In this document: positions 49,651 through 61,760 of the stretch, piece by piece
How the letters are laid out: the number at the start of each line of letters is the position of its first letter
How positions within the stretch are numbered: the stretch's first letter is position 1
Assembly (NCBI GenBank): GCA_030264375.1
Contig: JASCQW010000162.1
Span: 40,638,090 to 40,702,089, forward strand
Length of the DNA stretch: 64,000 bases
Direction of reading: 5' to 3'
Source: Carcharhinus longimanus
Taxonomy: Eukaryota
Notes under the pieces: generated by a model
Databases searched by the model: none
Told to the model about the DNA's origin: nothing
The model's input: the letters and a program-made list of their open reading frames with translations, nothing else
Translations under genes and position numbers: made by a program

Positions 49651-50540
49651 TGTAATGGGGCCATTTTGCATTTCCTTGGAATTTGATTTTTGCAGCCACA
49701 GGGAGCATTAGCACCTCTTTAGAGGTCACGAGGTTGCTGTGGTTTTCTGAAAGCTAGAAATTTCTTGTGTGAGTCATAGCCAGTAATGGCTTCAGCGAAT
49801 GTAAAGCCTTTTCCATTACACAGATAGGATGATACAGATAAATATATAGAATGATAGATTACCATGGTGATGGAAGGAAAATGGATGTAAATTCAGTCAC
49901 TGGTTGAATTGCTAGTGGGTGATGCTAAGAGAAAGACGATGGAATCATGCCCATTTTCCAGATAAGGTATCAACAGCACAAAAAACATACAGAAACTGTC
50001 ATCTCCTGCGGAGATAATGGATGTTTATCATCTCAGCAGGAAGAATATTGTGAGGGCTACATCCCAGGCCGGTTTATGGATTTTCATCTTCCAGGGATTT
50101 AGGATAAAAGCCAGCTGAATAATCATGGTCGATTAATGCCAGATGACCAGTTCCTTGGGTTGACACAGGAGGAAAGACACAGCAAACCTCTGCAAAGGTT
50201 TTACAGGTAACGGCAAACTGTCTAAAAAGGAAACAGGACTGCTTCTCAGCCAAATTGCAGAACACAAATCTCAAAACCAATTCATTCACTTGAAGCCAGC
50301 GTTAATGGAATCACAGATAGCAACATCCGCAACATTCCACTATCTATTCTTCACTGACAAATCAACGACTGATTTGTATATATTTGGATATTTAATTTTG
50401 GACTATTCTCATTTCTGATCTGTGTGAGTGTATATGTATTATCTATGGCATTATTGTTTTTCTATTTATATCCCAGATTTTTAAATCAATTCCTATCCAG
50501 ATTGATAATAACTGACTCAAAAAAGATTGAGGATGTTTCT
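49651..50540 (+). mobile_element. Possible solo-LTR-like remnant
   Basis: Starts tgtaatgggg, has no sustained ORF, and ends in a TG/AT-rich block. Ends not verified. A comparable block lies at about 54130-54800. Confidence 0.3.
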
Positions 50541-50623
50541 TCCTATTAGGACAGGTCTCCAGTGTAGTACTTCAATTAATGCCAATGATTAATGCCAATG
50601 AGGAATGGGCCCTCACACATTAT

Positions 50624-50912
50624 GGGGAGGCACAGTGATTAGCAATGCTGCCTCACAGGGACACAAGTTTGATTCCCACTTGGATCACTATCCGTGCAGA
50701 GTCTGCATGTTCTCTTCTGTCTGCATGGTTTTTTTTCGCTGGGTGCTTTGGTTTCCTCCCACAATCCAAAAGATGTGCTAGTTAGGTGCATTGGCCGTGC
50801 TAAATTCTCCCTCAGTGTACCCGAACAGGCACCGGAATATGGTGCCTAGGGGGTTTTCACAGTAACTTCATTGCAGTGTCACTGTAAGCCTACTAGTGAC
50901 TAATAAATAAAC
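50624..50912 (+). mobile_element. tRNA-derived SINE, taataaataaac-tail subfamily
   Basis: Same head as the HE1-like copies but a different tail (ttctccctcagtgtacccgaacagg...ttcacagtaacttcattgcagtg...taataaataaac). Other copies at 59067-59370 and 63745-63860. Confidence 0.85.
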
Positions 50913-51080
50913 GATAATAAACATTATTAAATGAGATGGTGGGGAAAAAGGATTATTTCAAATATGTTTTCTTATGGTACTCTCTTTCAAAGATAGAATA
51001 GTGGGATGAATGCCATACTTTACATAGGCTCTAATGCTTCAACAGCTTTAGTCAGTTGGATATTGTAAATAAATTCATAC

Positions 51081-51245
51081 CTTCCCTGGCAGGTCTCTGT
51101 TGTGCATCCTCAGTTTTGTCAGTTTTTTCTGATATGCTTTCTTCCTTGTTAGATGGGCTGGAAATCATTGATATCTGAGGCTCTGAAGGAGGCAGTGATG
51201 AATTTGTACAGGAAACATCTTTGGATTCTTCTGCTTTATTTGTTT
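51081..51245 (-). CDS. GIGYF2: GIGYF2 coding exon D (165 nt, phase 1 to 1), low-complexity linker
   Basis: attacag|AA ACA AAT ... AGG GAA G|gtatga. Open frame ETNKAEESKDVSCTNSSLPPSEPQISMISSPSNKEESISEKTDKTEDAQQRPARE. Phases fit both neighbours, but the sequence is poorly conserved. Confidence 0.8.
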
Positions 51246-51952
51246 CTGTAATATGATAAAATATTGATCAATGCATAACAAGTAATAGATAATCTTACTA
51301 AATTTAGCAAGTAATTAAATTCAAGTAGAACAAATATGCATGGTTCTTCTTCCCCCCTTTCTGCCCCATGTATTTTTAAGCTGATTGATTTAAGGTTTAT
51401 CTAATGTAGCCTTAGCCAACTTCTAGAAAGTGCATTAGACAAAGCAAGATGAATGGACCTTAATATTTTCGTCTTTCACTGGGGAATTAGAACAAAGTGC
51501 ATAGTCAAAAGCTTTCACACTGCAGCTCAATTTGAGATCAATTCATCACAGATTTCTCTAATAAATCAGAAAAAAATATTCAATGGCTTGCATGGGCACA
51601 TAGATATGAGAGGGCCCATGTAATCTGGGCCAAGCTCACTTATATTAGGCAGAAGTGCAGACAAACTGGCCTCAGTACCCAAGAGACCCACACTGGAAGC
51701 ATGCATGTGTAGATCCTGCTTAAGGGTCAAATTGGCCTTGCTGGTCATGCAAAGGTCACTTCTGCGCGAAGGCACTTCTACAACTATCTCAGCAAGAATT
51801 CAATGCCTTCGCGAGAGGGATTCAAAGAAAGCAGAAAACATAACAGGAAAACGTGTCAAATAAACAAGTTAAACTGGAAAACAAACTTGTGGGTAACTGA
51901 CAAGAATAAACCATGTCCTTCCTACCATGCCACAGTTGAAGGCATTACAGTA

Positions 51953-52240
51953 GGACAGCATGGTGGCACAATGGTTAGCACTGCTGCCTCACAGCACCAA
52001 GGACCCAGTTCAATTCCCAGCTTGCACATTCTCCCTATGTCTGCGTGGGTTTCCTCTGGTTGCTGTGGTTTCCACCCACACTAGGTGGATTGGGCATGCT
52101 AGATTGCCCCTTAGTGTCAGGGAGACTAGCTAGGGTAAATGCATGGGGTTAAAGGGATAGGACCTAGTTGGGATGTGCTGCAGACTCAATGGGCCAAATG
52201 GTCTCCTTATGCACTGATAGGGTTCTATATTTCTATGATT
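51953..52240 (+). mobile_element. HE1-like SINE
   Basis: ggacagcatggtggcacaatggttagcactgctgcctcacagcacca...ttctatgatt. Confidence 0.88.
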
Positions 52241-52429
52241 CCTTTAGATGTGTTTGTTATGCCTGTCCAAGAAAAAACTGACAATAAACTTTCTGAATGT
52301 GAATATAAATAGCAAATTAATTTCAATACACTTAGGAATTTTGATAGGAAAAATAAGGAGGTCATGATTTATTTGGAAAATAGGAATCCAAGTGATTCAC
52401 AGGAACAAAGGAATTTCAGCCAAAACAGA

Positions 52430-53075
52430 TAGTTCACAAAGCAGTAAGGCAAGTTAGTAAGGCCACTGAAAAATGCTGAACAACTATGATGATTTATTTT
52501 CAAAGATAGAAATCGAAGTAGAAAGGCTACACTAAACTTGTTTTGAACCTTGATTAGACTACCTAATATACAGTGTCAGTTCTGGTTACTATATTGTAGA
52601 AAGGGTATGGAAACACTGGAGAGGGTACAAAAAGGGTTTGTAGAGATGGTACCTGTTATGCAAATCTATACCAGAAGACACTGAATAGGGTGGCTCTCTC
52701 TTCTGTTGAAACAAGGGGGCTGAGGGGTAACCTAATATAAGTCTTTAGAAGTATTAAGAAGTTCAAACAATTAAGTACAATGGTTCCACTTTTGCAGAAA
52801 AGCAAAATGAGAGTCCACTATACAAGATGGTCACCAATAAATCACATAGGGAATTCTATCCATAGAGTATCAAGAATGTGGAACTGGTTACTGCAGGAAA
52901 TAGTTGAGACAAATATCACTGTCCAGGCACACATAAGGGAAGGCTAGATAGACAAGGAATATTAGAATTTCACGTATAAAGATAAGGAAAGACAGGGGAT
53001 TAAAGCGGAGAATAAATGCCAGGATGGACTGGTTGGCCAAATAGCCTGCTTGTGTACTGTATGTACTCTGTAATC
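52430..53075 (+). mobile_element. Old CR1 3' fragment
   Basis: Degenerate METLERVQKGFVEMVP and LRGNLI.VF motifs followed by a 3' tail. Confidence 0.7.
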
Positions 53076-53163
53076 ATGTCTGATAAAACCTGGAGCTCAG
53101 AGGTGAGAAATTTGCATTTATAACTTCAGAATATTTTTTGATGAAGAATGACTGATTAAAAAC

Positions 53164-53308
53164 CTTCAACAGCCTCGTTCTTGGTTTTCTTATCAGGCTC
53201 CTTGGCTTCTTCTTTCTCACTGTCCTCTGAATTTGATCTTTCCTCTCCATCCTCCATCTGTTTAAAATCCAATTCCTGTTCCTCTGGAATAGGCTCCTTG
53301 GGAGCTTT
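53164..53308 (-). CDS. GIGYF2: GIGYF2 coding exon C (145 nt, phase 0 to 1)
   Basis: tttatag|AAA GCT CCC ... GTT GAA G|gttttt (weak donor). Encodes KAPKEPIPEEQELDFKQMEDGEERSNSEDSEKEEAKEPDKKTKNEAVE, similar to GIGYF2 KVQKEPIPEEQEMDF...EEAKEPDK. Confidence 0.9.
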
Positions 53309-55992
53309 CTATAAACAGCATCAAAAACAAGATGCATAGTTAAGTAAGAGATTTAAACTTTGACAGAATTGTATATTTAAGAAATTCATTTATGGGATGT
53401 GGCATCACTGACTAGACCAGCATTTATTGCCCATCCTTAGCTGCCCTTAAGATGATGGTGAGCTGCCTTCTTGAACCTCTGCAGTTCCTAAGGTGCGGTA
53501 GGTACACACACAGCTGTTGGGAAAGCGATTCCAGGATTCCAGTGAACGAACGGCTATCTATTTGCAAATCAAGATGATGAATGACTTGGACACGAACCTC
53601 TAGGTGATGGGCAAAGATTCAAAAAAATGCGGAGTATTATACAACTCCTCTGACATGCATATTCTCGCTTTAGGGGGTCAGCCTTGCTTCAGCTGTAGCA
53701 CAATTTTTCAAAGTAAGGGATTTAGGGGTTCAATTCTTTGTCTAGACTATGGCACATAATTTAGGATGACATTTGAGCAAGTTCAAGTGCCATTTTTGAA
53801 TGAGATGTTAAGTAGAGGTCTCATCCATCTCCACAGGTGAATAAAAGATCCCATTTCACGACTCAAGGGAAAATAGAAGTCTCCCATCCAATTCTAAACC
53901 CTGCCAACCCAACTTTAAGAAATGAGTAGATTGTTGTAAAGANNNNNNNNNNNNNNNNCCAATGGCCTTGAGGAAATAAAACTTGTCATCCTTACCCAAC
54001 ATGGCCTTTATGCAATTTCAGTTCCACACCTTGGTAGCTGACTTTTACCTTCCCTCTGAAACTGCCTTACATTCAAACCGCTATCACGATTCCAATTGAT
54101 GTTACTGCTGAACAATTAAGTCTAAGAATGTAACCTGGCTCGATAGACCATAGTTTTGTTTTTTTTTAAAGAGATGTAGATGAACAGTCATAGGACTGCC
54201 AATTAACTTTTAACAAAAGAATAAACCATTTATTAAATCTAAAAAAAGTGACTGTAATACATTACTCCTTCATCTATATACAGAAAGACTTTTAAGGAAA
54301 ACACCAGTTACATAACATATCTTATATAATAATGTTCTGAATATGTAAACAGTTCCTGTAAACCAAAAGGCCAACTGTTGTCAGATACACCACATTCCGA
54401 AACCAAGTGACATATGCCATCCAATTCAACTTTTGTGGATTCAAACTCTAATCTCGAAAAAATAGACTTTAGAATTTTCTCCCAAACAACATTTCCTCTC
54501 AGGTGCCTTCACCAAGGATCCACATCCAGGGTTTCAATCATTTATTTCATTATTCCTCTGTCTTGATTGTCTTGTGCATTCAAGCTTCCACACAATCTTT
54601 GAGATACCCAGCCATGTCAACAGAACATGACTGCTTCACGAGCAGTATTAAGATGTCACCAAACTTTTGATTTACCTTTTAATTCTGGCTTCTCACCTCA
54701 CCAATTTGAAATCTGGTTCTTGCAGCTGTCTCTTTAATTGAGAGCAATTTCTCTCTTTTTCTTTAATTTCACCCAATTGGACCACAATCAGCTTCTTGTT
54801 CTATGTTTTTATAACTTAGTTGTCTTCTGAAACATGCTTTTATCCATTGTTTTCAATGGTTCAAGAAGATAGTCCACTGCCACCTCCCCAACACCCAGGG
54901 ATAGGTAGTAAATGTCAGCTTTGTAATGGTGCAAACATCCCCAGAATGAATAAAAATTCAGAGGGGGTGGGTTTGGTTTTGGAGGCTGGTGGAGGTCGGT
55001 GGGAGATGCGACAAGAGGGCATGCAATGAATGAGTAAAAGGTCATGAGGATTCATAAGCTCTACCTTCAACAACACTGGTTCAGTAACAGTGCTCTCACA
55101 ATAATCAGAAGATTGTGGTTTCAAGCCCATTTCACTTGAGAAGTCAATCGCGAATGACACCTCAATCTATTACTAAGAAAGTGTTGTGCACCCAAAGGCC
55201 TGTCTTCTCATTCAAGCAGATGTAAAAAAATCCTATATTCAAGAACTGGGTTGTTCTGGTGTCCTGGCAAACATTTATTCTCAACCAACATAGCTAAAAC
55301 CCGATTATCCAGTGGTTTAATTTTGTGGCTTTTTCATTGACTTTGCTGTGCATAAACTGGCCATCATATTTCCCTGTAATATACAGTAACTACAGATCAC
55401 AAGCACTCATTCGACTGTGAGGCACTTTGACAAACCTGGAGGTCAGAAAACATATTAGTTGTTTCTTTCTATACCATAAGCACATATTTAAAGCCATTAG
55501 TAATTATGCAGTATTTCAACAAACCAACTCCATTATAATAAAGATGTTCCAGCCTCAGTCACAAATATTCCCAATCAGCGATGGCATCTTAACATCATTC
55601 ATATCCTTTTTTTAACAAACATTGACCAGGTAACATCCCTCAGCTCCAGACTCAAAAATCTTAACATTATTACACTATATATACCTTTTGTTTTGCAACT
55701 GGTCGTTTTATTGATCCTTCTGAACTTCCATCAAATCAAAGCATTTTACCGTACACACTGCAAGCTTACCCAAGACTATTTCCAACTTCATTTGTGTGGG
55801 CAGGATTTGGACTCATTATCAAGGTGAGAGGTGTCAATCACTATTGTTTCAGATAGAAACTGACGCCACTGTTAATATTAAATGTAGATTTGCAAACACA
55901 TGGTTAAATTAAGTTACCTACCATTAGACAAATTCCCTCACAAAGTGACTTACACAAATTAAGAGAGATCTAAGAAATTACAATTACCCAAC

Positions 55993-56192
55993 CTTCAAGG
56001 ACATAAATGCTCCAGAAGAATCAAACGTTCCCATCTCCTCCTCTGCATCCTCCAGACACCATTCTGGCAAGCTGTCCTTTTCATCATCCATACTGCCACT
56101 ACCAGAGCGCACACGTCTGTAAGCTCGTTCATCATCTCGATCTCGGTAATCAAAATCAAACCGTCTTCTGCGTTCTGTGGCTTCTCTCCAAC
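55993..56192 (-). CDS. GIGYF2: GIGYF2 coding exon B (200 nt, phase 1 to 0), contains the DDX6/Me31B-binding motif
   Basis: ctacag|GT TGG AGA ... TCC TTG AAG|gttggg. Encodes GWREATERRRRFDFDYRDRDDERAYRRVRSGSGSMDDEKDSLPEWCLEDAEEEMGTFDSSGAFMSLK. The upstream boundary is uncertain (see finding at 56192-56212). Confidence 0.92.
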
Positions 56193-56712
56193 CTGTAGAA
56201 CGTGACCCACGTTAAAACGTTTGGAAAAAGTTTGTACACTAAGTAACACTAAAAATCATGTAAATGCTCAACAGCAACAATGCTATTAATAGTAAGGAAC
56301 GTTAAACATGACCAAAAAAGGCCTCGGTTCACTGCCCTTTGTGTAGTGAACTTGTTCAACAGGGTAGATACACCATCAGCCTGAGCGTACCAATTAGGAA
56401 TGAGAACTTGACCTTAGCTCCTATTTGTGATCATTATCCTGAAACGCCTAGTTGATTATAAGCATTATGGCAATTGTAATTGACAATGCTTTACCCATTT
56501 CTCTGCCTTAGCATTTTATACCTTTACAAATGTTTTTCTTTCCAACGTTCCTTTAGAAATGCCTGCTCTGGATATGACAACTGTTCAAATGCATGGCATA
56601 ACTCAAGCAAGGAACAGGTCAGAATTTTCAATACTCAATGTCTATTCAGGTATCTTTAAGTAAAAGCTGCCCAAAGTGTAACTATTTTCCCTCTTTTTTC
56701 CTCCCTTTATGA

Positions 56713-56886
56713 TGTGGAAACGAAGCCATTGGACTGGGGTGGGCACAGTAAGAAGTCTCACCATACAGGTTAAAGTTCAACAGGTTTATTTAGAATCACA
56801 AACTTTTGGAGTGCTGCTCACCTGAAGCTTGGGATTCCAAATAAACCTATTGGACTTTAGCCTGGTGTTCTGAGGCTTCTAACTGT
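56713..56886. mobile_element. Penelope-like terminal repeat arranged as a palindrome
   Basis: acagtaagaagtctca...aggtttatttagaatc (56745-56797) pairs with gattccaaataaacc...gaggcttctaactgt (56833-56886). Confidence 0.7.
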
Positions 56887-58309
56887 TCCTCCCTTCATAC
56901 CTCATTATAAATGTAACCAAAGCAACAAATCATGCTCCAATATGGTAGTTACTTTTTTAACCTTTGGGCTGGTGTTTATAAAATTCTGTCTGAGGGATCA
57001 CCAGTATTCTCTGTATATAAATGACAAATCTACACTGGATATATAGGAGTAAATTATGCTACATAAATCCACACAGCATGATTTTTCTATTAGCCAACTG
57101 CCTGTGGCATTGCTAATGGGGCTGAATTTTTGTCTGGTGATGTGGGAATGGGATGGGGGGTGGGGGCGTGATGACACAAAACTTGGAGTTTTTTGCTCTA
57201 ATTTAATTTGATGTGCTTTCTTGAGCTCACCAACACCTCTCCTTAGGTCAGGGTCATCATTATAAACCTGAGAGGAAATCTGAATATCCTCCCTCCCCAC
57301 ACATTCAACCTATTTTACATGGTGTGAGTTTTGGAAGGTCTAAAAACAAAACTTTGTTGCAGAGTTTGTACTGCTGAGGAGTCAGGAACATTCTGATAGA
57401 TAAGTGCTAAAAAGAGCATGCCACTATTGTAGTTTGTGTTGCAATATTTCAACTGCATTAAATGTTTTAACTACAATGATTAAAGGGCTTGTCCTGCAAA
57501 GACAAAAACAGTGCTGGTCAATGTAATTAAGTGTTGAGATGTATCGGAGTAATTTTCTCATTTGATAAGTGCTTCTGTACGTTCAAAACTGAAGAAAATA
57601 TTGCTTGGGGTCTCTGGTGTGATGATCTGAAGTGACTGAAATACCAGAGCTGACTAGAATTGAAAAACCTTCAGCAGCTTGCATTTAAGGGGGAAAAAAA
57701 CTAACAGCTGCTAGATCACTTCGAATTGATAAGACATCTGCTCTAGTTGCAGGAAAAAAGGTCATTCATTTCTTCAGTTTCAGACATAAATATTATTAAA
57801 ATTCGGCGCTGGCTACCATGATTATTTTTCAATAAAATGTTTTTCTAATAGACTCTACATTTCACATTTTCAAGGATTTTTATCATACTCGAGTTCATTA
57901 TGAATGGTTGGCTGAGTGTCAACACTAGGTTCATTTGCTAAAAACATTCACATTTTTGTTGACAGTTCTTAAGATATTATAAAAGGAATATCTGTCTTTG
58001 ATGTGATGGGTGACTTTTTTTAAAAGAACAGAATGACCATAAGGCTTTAATTTTTTGAATGACTTTTATGAATGAGTTTTTTCAATATGAAGGGTATTTG
58101 AATGACAGCTCCACTATATTGTTAATTTTTTTAAGTGTCTGTTTCAAAGATATCCAAAGGTTTGCCCGTAGTAGATACTCTGAGTAGTTATGGAAAGGGG
58201 CATGGATGTATACAGAGTGGGTGGTGGGTGAGGTCTATGGGACACAAGAATGATGCTGGAAGTTGAGCTGCTGTCCCCAAGAACCAGGCAGGCCTTCTAC
58301 CTATTTAGA

Positions 58310-61300
58310 TATCACTTTAAGAGAATATACAAATAATGCACATCAAGGAACCAATGTCAAATGGAATGCGACCAACAGATAGTGAAGGTGTTGCAACTTT
58401 TGTTGAATAATGGAGGGTGCTCAATTCCTTCAGTAGATCTATCTGTTGAGTTATACTGCAATGCATAAGCCAAAAAAACACAAAATGGGAGAATAGCACC
58501 ATTAGATTTAGTAAAGTAAAAACCTGAACAGCAGCCAAAAAATTATTTAAAAAGCAGCTGCGCTGCTGAATCTCGACAGAGTAAAGCCATAAGTTGTGGG
58601 GTTCTGTAAAAGATGGGGAACTTTAAAAGGATGACCACTAAATTCCCCAACATGAGGTGGAAGACAACAGAAATCCTATTCAAACTTTTTAAACAAGGGA
58701 TGGGATTATGCTTTGTAGATTTATCTGTTACAGAACCGGATAAAAAAGCGGTGAAAGTAAAGAAAGCCATTACAAATACAGTGAATACTTGGGGCCTCTC
58801 TATGGAGAATGACAATGCTGTTAAGCTGTGGGAAAACATGCTGGAAGAGTAACTTCATATAAAGGTGAACTTCAGAATACATTGACTGGAGCTGATGGTT
58901 TACAGAAAACCACCACAAGAATCAATTGATCAGTTTGTCAACAGGTTCCATGATAAGAGCAAGGACTAAGCTGTCTGGATGGATAATGGAGCCAGTCATT
59001 ATTTTAATAACAATCAAAGTCTTCCAAAAAGACCTTTTAAAAGAAAAAAAAGTCACAGTCACAGAAGGGCAGCACAGTGGCATAGTAGTAGTTAGCACTG
59101 CTGCCTTACAGCACCAGCAGCCCGGGTTCAATTCTGGGCTTGGGTCACTCTGCAGAGTCAGCACATTCTCCCCATGTTAACATAGGTTTCCTCCAGATGC
59201 TTTGGTTTCCTCCCAAAGTTTGAAAGACGTGGCGGTTAGGGCATTGGCCATGCTAAATTCTCCCTCAGTGTAACCGAACAGGTGCTGAAGTGTGGCGACT
59301 AGGGGATTTTCACAGCAACTTCATTGCAATGTTAATGTAAGCCTACTTGTGACTAATAAATAAACTTTACTGATACACTACTAAAATATAACAGCAAAGA
59401 TGAAGCCACTGTGGCTGGGACAACACCTGCAGAGCTCTGAAGAGTAATTCTGACTCAAAACATTGACACTATTCTCTCTCCATAGATGCTGAGGTTTTCT
59501 AGCATTTCTGTTTTTGTTTCAGATTCCAGCATCTGCAGCATTTTGCTTTTATCTATGGATATTGGTGGTTCATTTGCCAGAATAATCTTAAGAAATCTAT
59601 GCTTTCAGGCCACCATCTGGAACATCCTTCCACCAGAGATTACTTTCCTGTTTTTCCAGCATATGGATAGAACTATAGAATGTTTCTGGATATGTATACA
59701 TTTCCAATGATGTTGTGGTAATAGGCAAAACCAAGAGTATGGCCAAAGTTTACACTCGATAATAGCAGCCGCTCATTGTGAAGGACTCGTCTGTGGATAG
59801 ATTAATTGCTTCGATTCTATATATTCCAGTTCTGGGATCCATTCTGGCCACGCAAACTTAGGGGATGTGTAACATCTGCCTATTCACCAGACATGTATCT
59901 ATTTGGTAAACTACTTATTATGGAAACTGACCACAAACCATTGGTGATGACTTGTCACAAGCCACTGATGAGTGCACCACCCAGACTACAGAGATGTCTA
60001 ATTAAAGTACAGGAATATAAACCCCAACTCTGTTACAAGATATATAGCAAAATGTGCTGGTTACCAAATCCAAAAGAAAAACTGTGAATGTTTCACTAGA
60101 CCTGTAAGCAGATAATGTAGCAATCAAAGTAGAGGATGCATTCAATGTAAATCTGATGAGTTTTGGTCAACACAAATATAAAATAGCAAGTGATCCATCA
60201 TTGAAGTCATTGTGGAAGGTTTTTGGAGCTGGCTGGCCTGATACAGTGTAAAAAGTGCCAGTTGCCCCAAGATGTTTTTGGCTATACAGAGATGAATGAG
60301 ATATTTCAAAGTGGCATGATTTCCAAAGAAAAGCAGGAGTTTTCACTAGAACATATCGTCAGTTTCACCAGGGGAATAAAGTAAATGAGGCACCAAGCAA
60401 AGGAAATTCTGTATTGGCCAGGCATCAATGATATTGAGAAGGGAGTGACAATATGTGAAGCATATTAGAGGCACCACCACACCAATAAAATGAATCACCA
60501 CACCCACACCAAGTTCCATCACAGCCTTGGCTCAAACTCGCAACAAATTTACTCACTGCCCACGGCAACAACTTTCTCCGAACGACCAATTATTTTTCCA
60601 AGATTCCAATCATCATATAGCTGAAGGATACCTCGAGTTTGGCCATGGCTGACGCAATATTGAGTTTGGTATGCCTGGAGAGATCATATCAAACAATGGG
60701 CTTCAATATACTGGTAGACCTTTAAGGGTTGGGTGCTAAATGGGGCACAAATCATATGTCAGTCTTGCCACACTATCTCACATCCAACAGTCATGTTGAC
60801 AGCGTGGTTTGCACTATTGAGGCATTAATCGTGAAGTGCAGAGAAACAAAACAAGATCTCTATGTTACACTTGAGGATGACAGCTTTGGACATGGGTTTA
60901 CCATCACTAGCGGAATTCACATTTGCTAAGTAGATTAGGGCAACCTTGCCAAGCCAACAGTTGTCCAAATTCTCAGAGTGCAAAAGGAACTTCTTAAAAA
61001 AACAAGGAAGAATGAAGACAGCACACAACCAACACATGGGTGTGGAACTGTCCACTCTGCATGTAAAACAGAAGGTTTGGGTCATACATAAGAGCACGGA
61101 AGCTGGCTACTGCGTAAGCAAGGCTTGCAGTGAGACTAGATCTGATGAGGCGTAGTACCAAATAGGGAAACCTTAAGGAGAAACAAAAACCAAGTAAGGG
61201 AGCTGCTAGTTGTATAACACCCAGCACTCCAACCGTGTCTACAGCAGAGTCAAAGATGAACTCGGAAAGTGAAATTGTTTTCATGCAGTCATTCTCATTC

Positions 61301-61760
61301 ACCATTCTAATAATACACAGCTTGCCAATGCACCCATGAGTCCAGAACACCAGTGATGATTCTCATATCAGACAAGTTATACCATCCTGAAATCTGAGAG
61401 GATTAGTAAACCACCTATACTTTATGCAAACTCTTGGATCTATCTTCCATGTAAATAGTTTTCCACATGTCTTAATGTATGCAATGCTAGCTTGGGGGGG
61501 GGAGGGGGTAATGTTGCAGTAAGAGAATATGCAAATGATGCACACATCGAGGGAACAGGATTTGAAGCAGCAAGTGACCGGTAGTCAAATGGAGAGAGTG
61601 AAGCTGTTGCTTGCTGAATCCATACGACAGACCTGTCCAATGAGCTATCCTGTAATTTTACATATTCGTTGTATCCTTCAAATAAATCAAACCTACTTAT
61701 AGGTTACCAATTGTGCATGCGAATTTGATGAGTTTTCAAAACTAAGCCAGGAATACAACC
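58310..61760 (+). mobile_element. Degenerate Ty3/Gypsy LTR retrotransposon with nested SINE and Penelope-like inserts
   Basis: RNase H motif LFGKLLIMETDHKPL...KPLMSAPPRLQR (59806-60087), gag-like ORF 58613-58852, and frameshifted integrase remnants (YWPGIND, PHQVPSQPW, NYFSKIP) at 60360-60900. A polypurine tract at 61494-61508 precedes the 3' LTR TGTTG...CAAC (61512-61760), which aligns patchily with about 58318-58485. Confidence 0.85.
59067..59370 (+). mobile_element. tRNA-derived SINE nested in the Gypsy element
   Basis: gggcagcacagtggcatagtagtagttagcactgctgcc...taataaataaactttac. Confidence 0.88.

Noticed and set aside
49860-50340. Coding-looking composition on the + strand
   Set aside because: No sustained frame or recognisable protein; more consistent with an LTR-like remnant.
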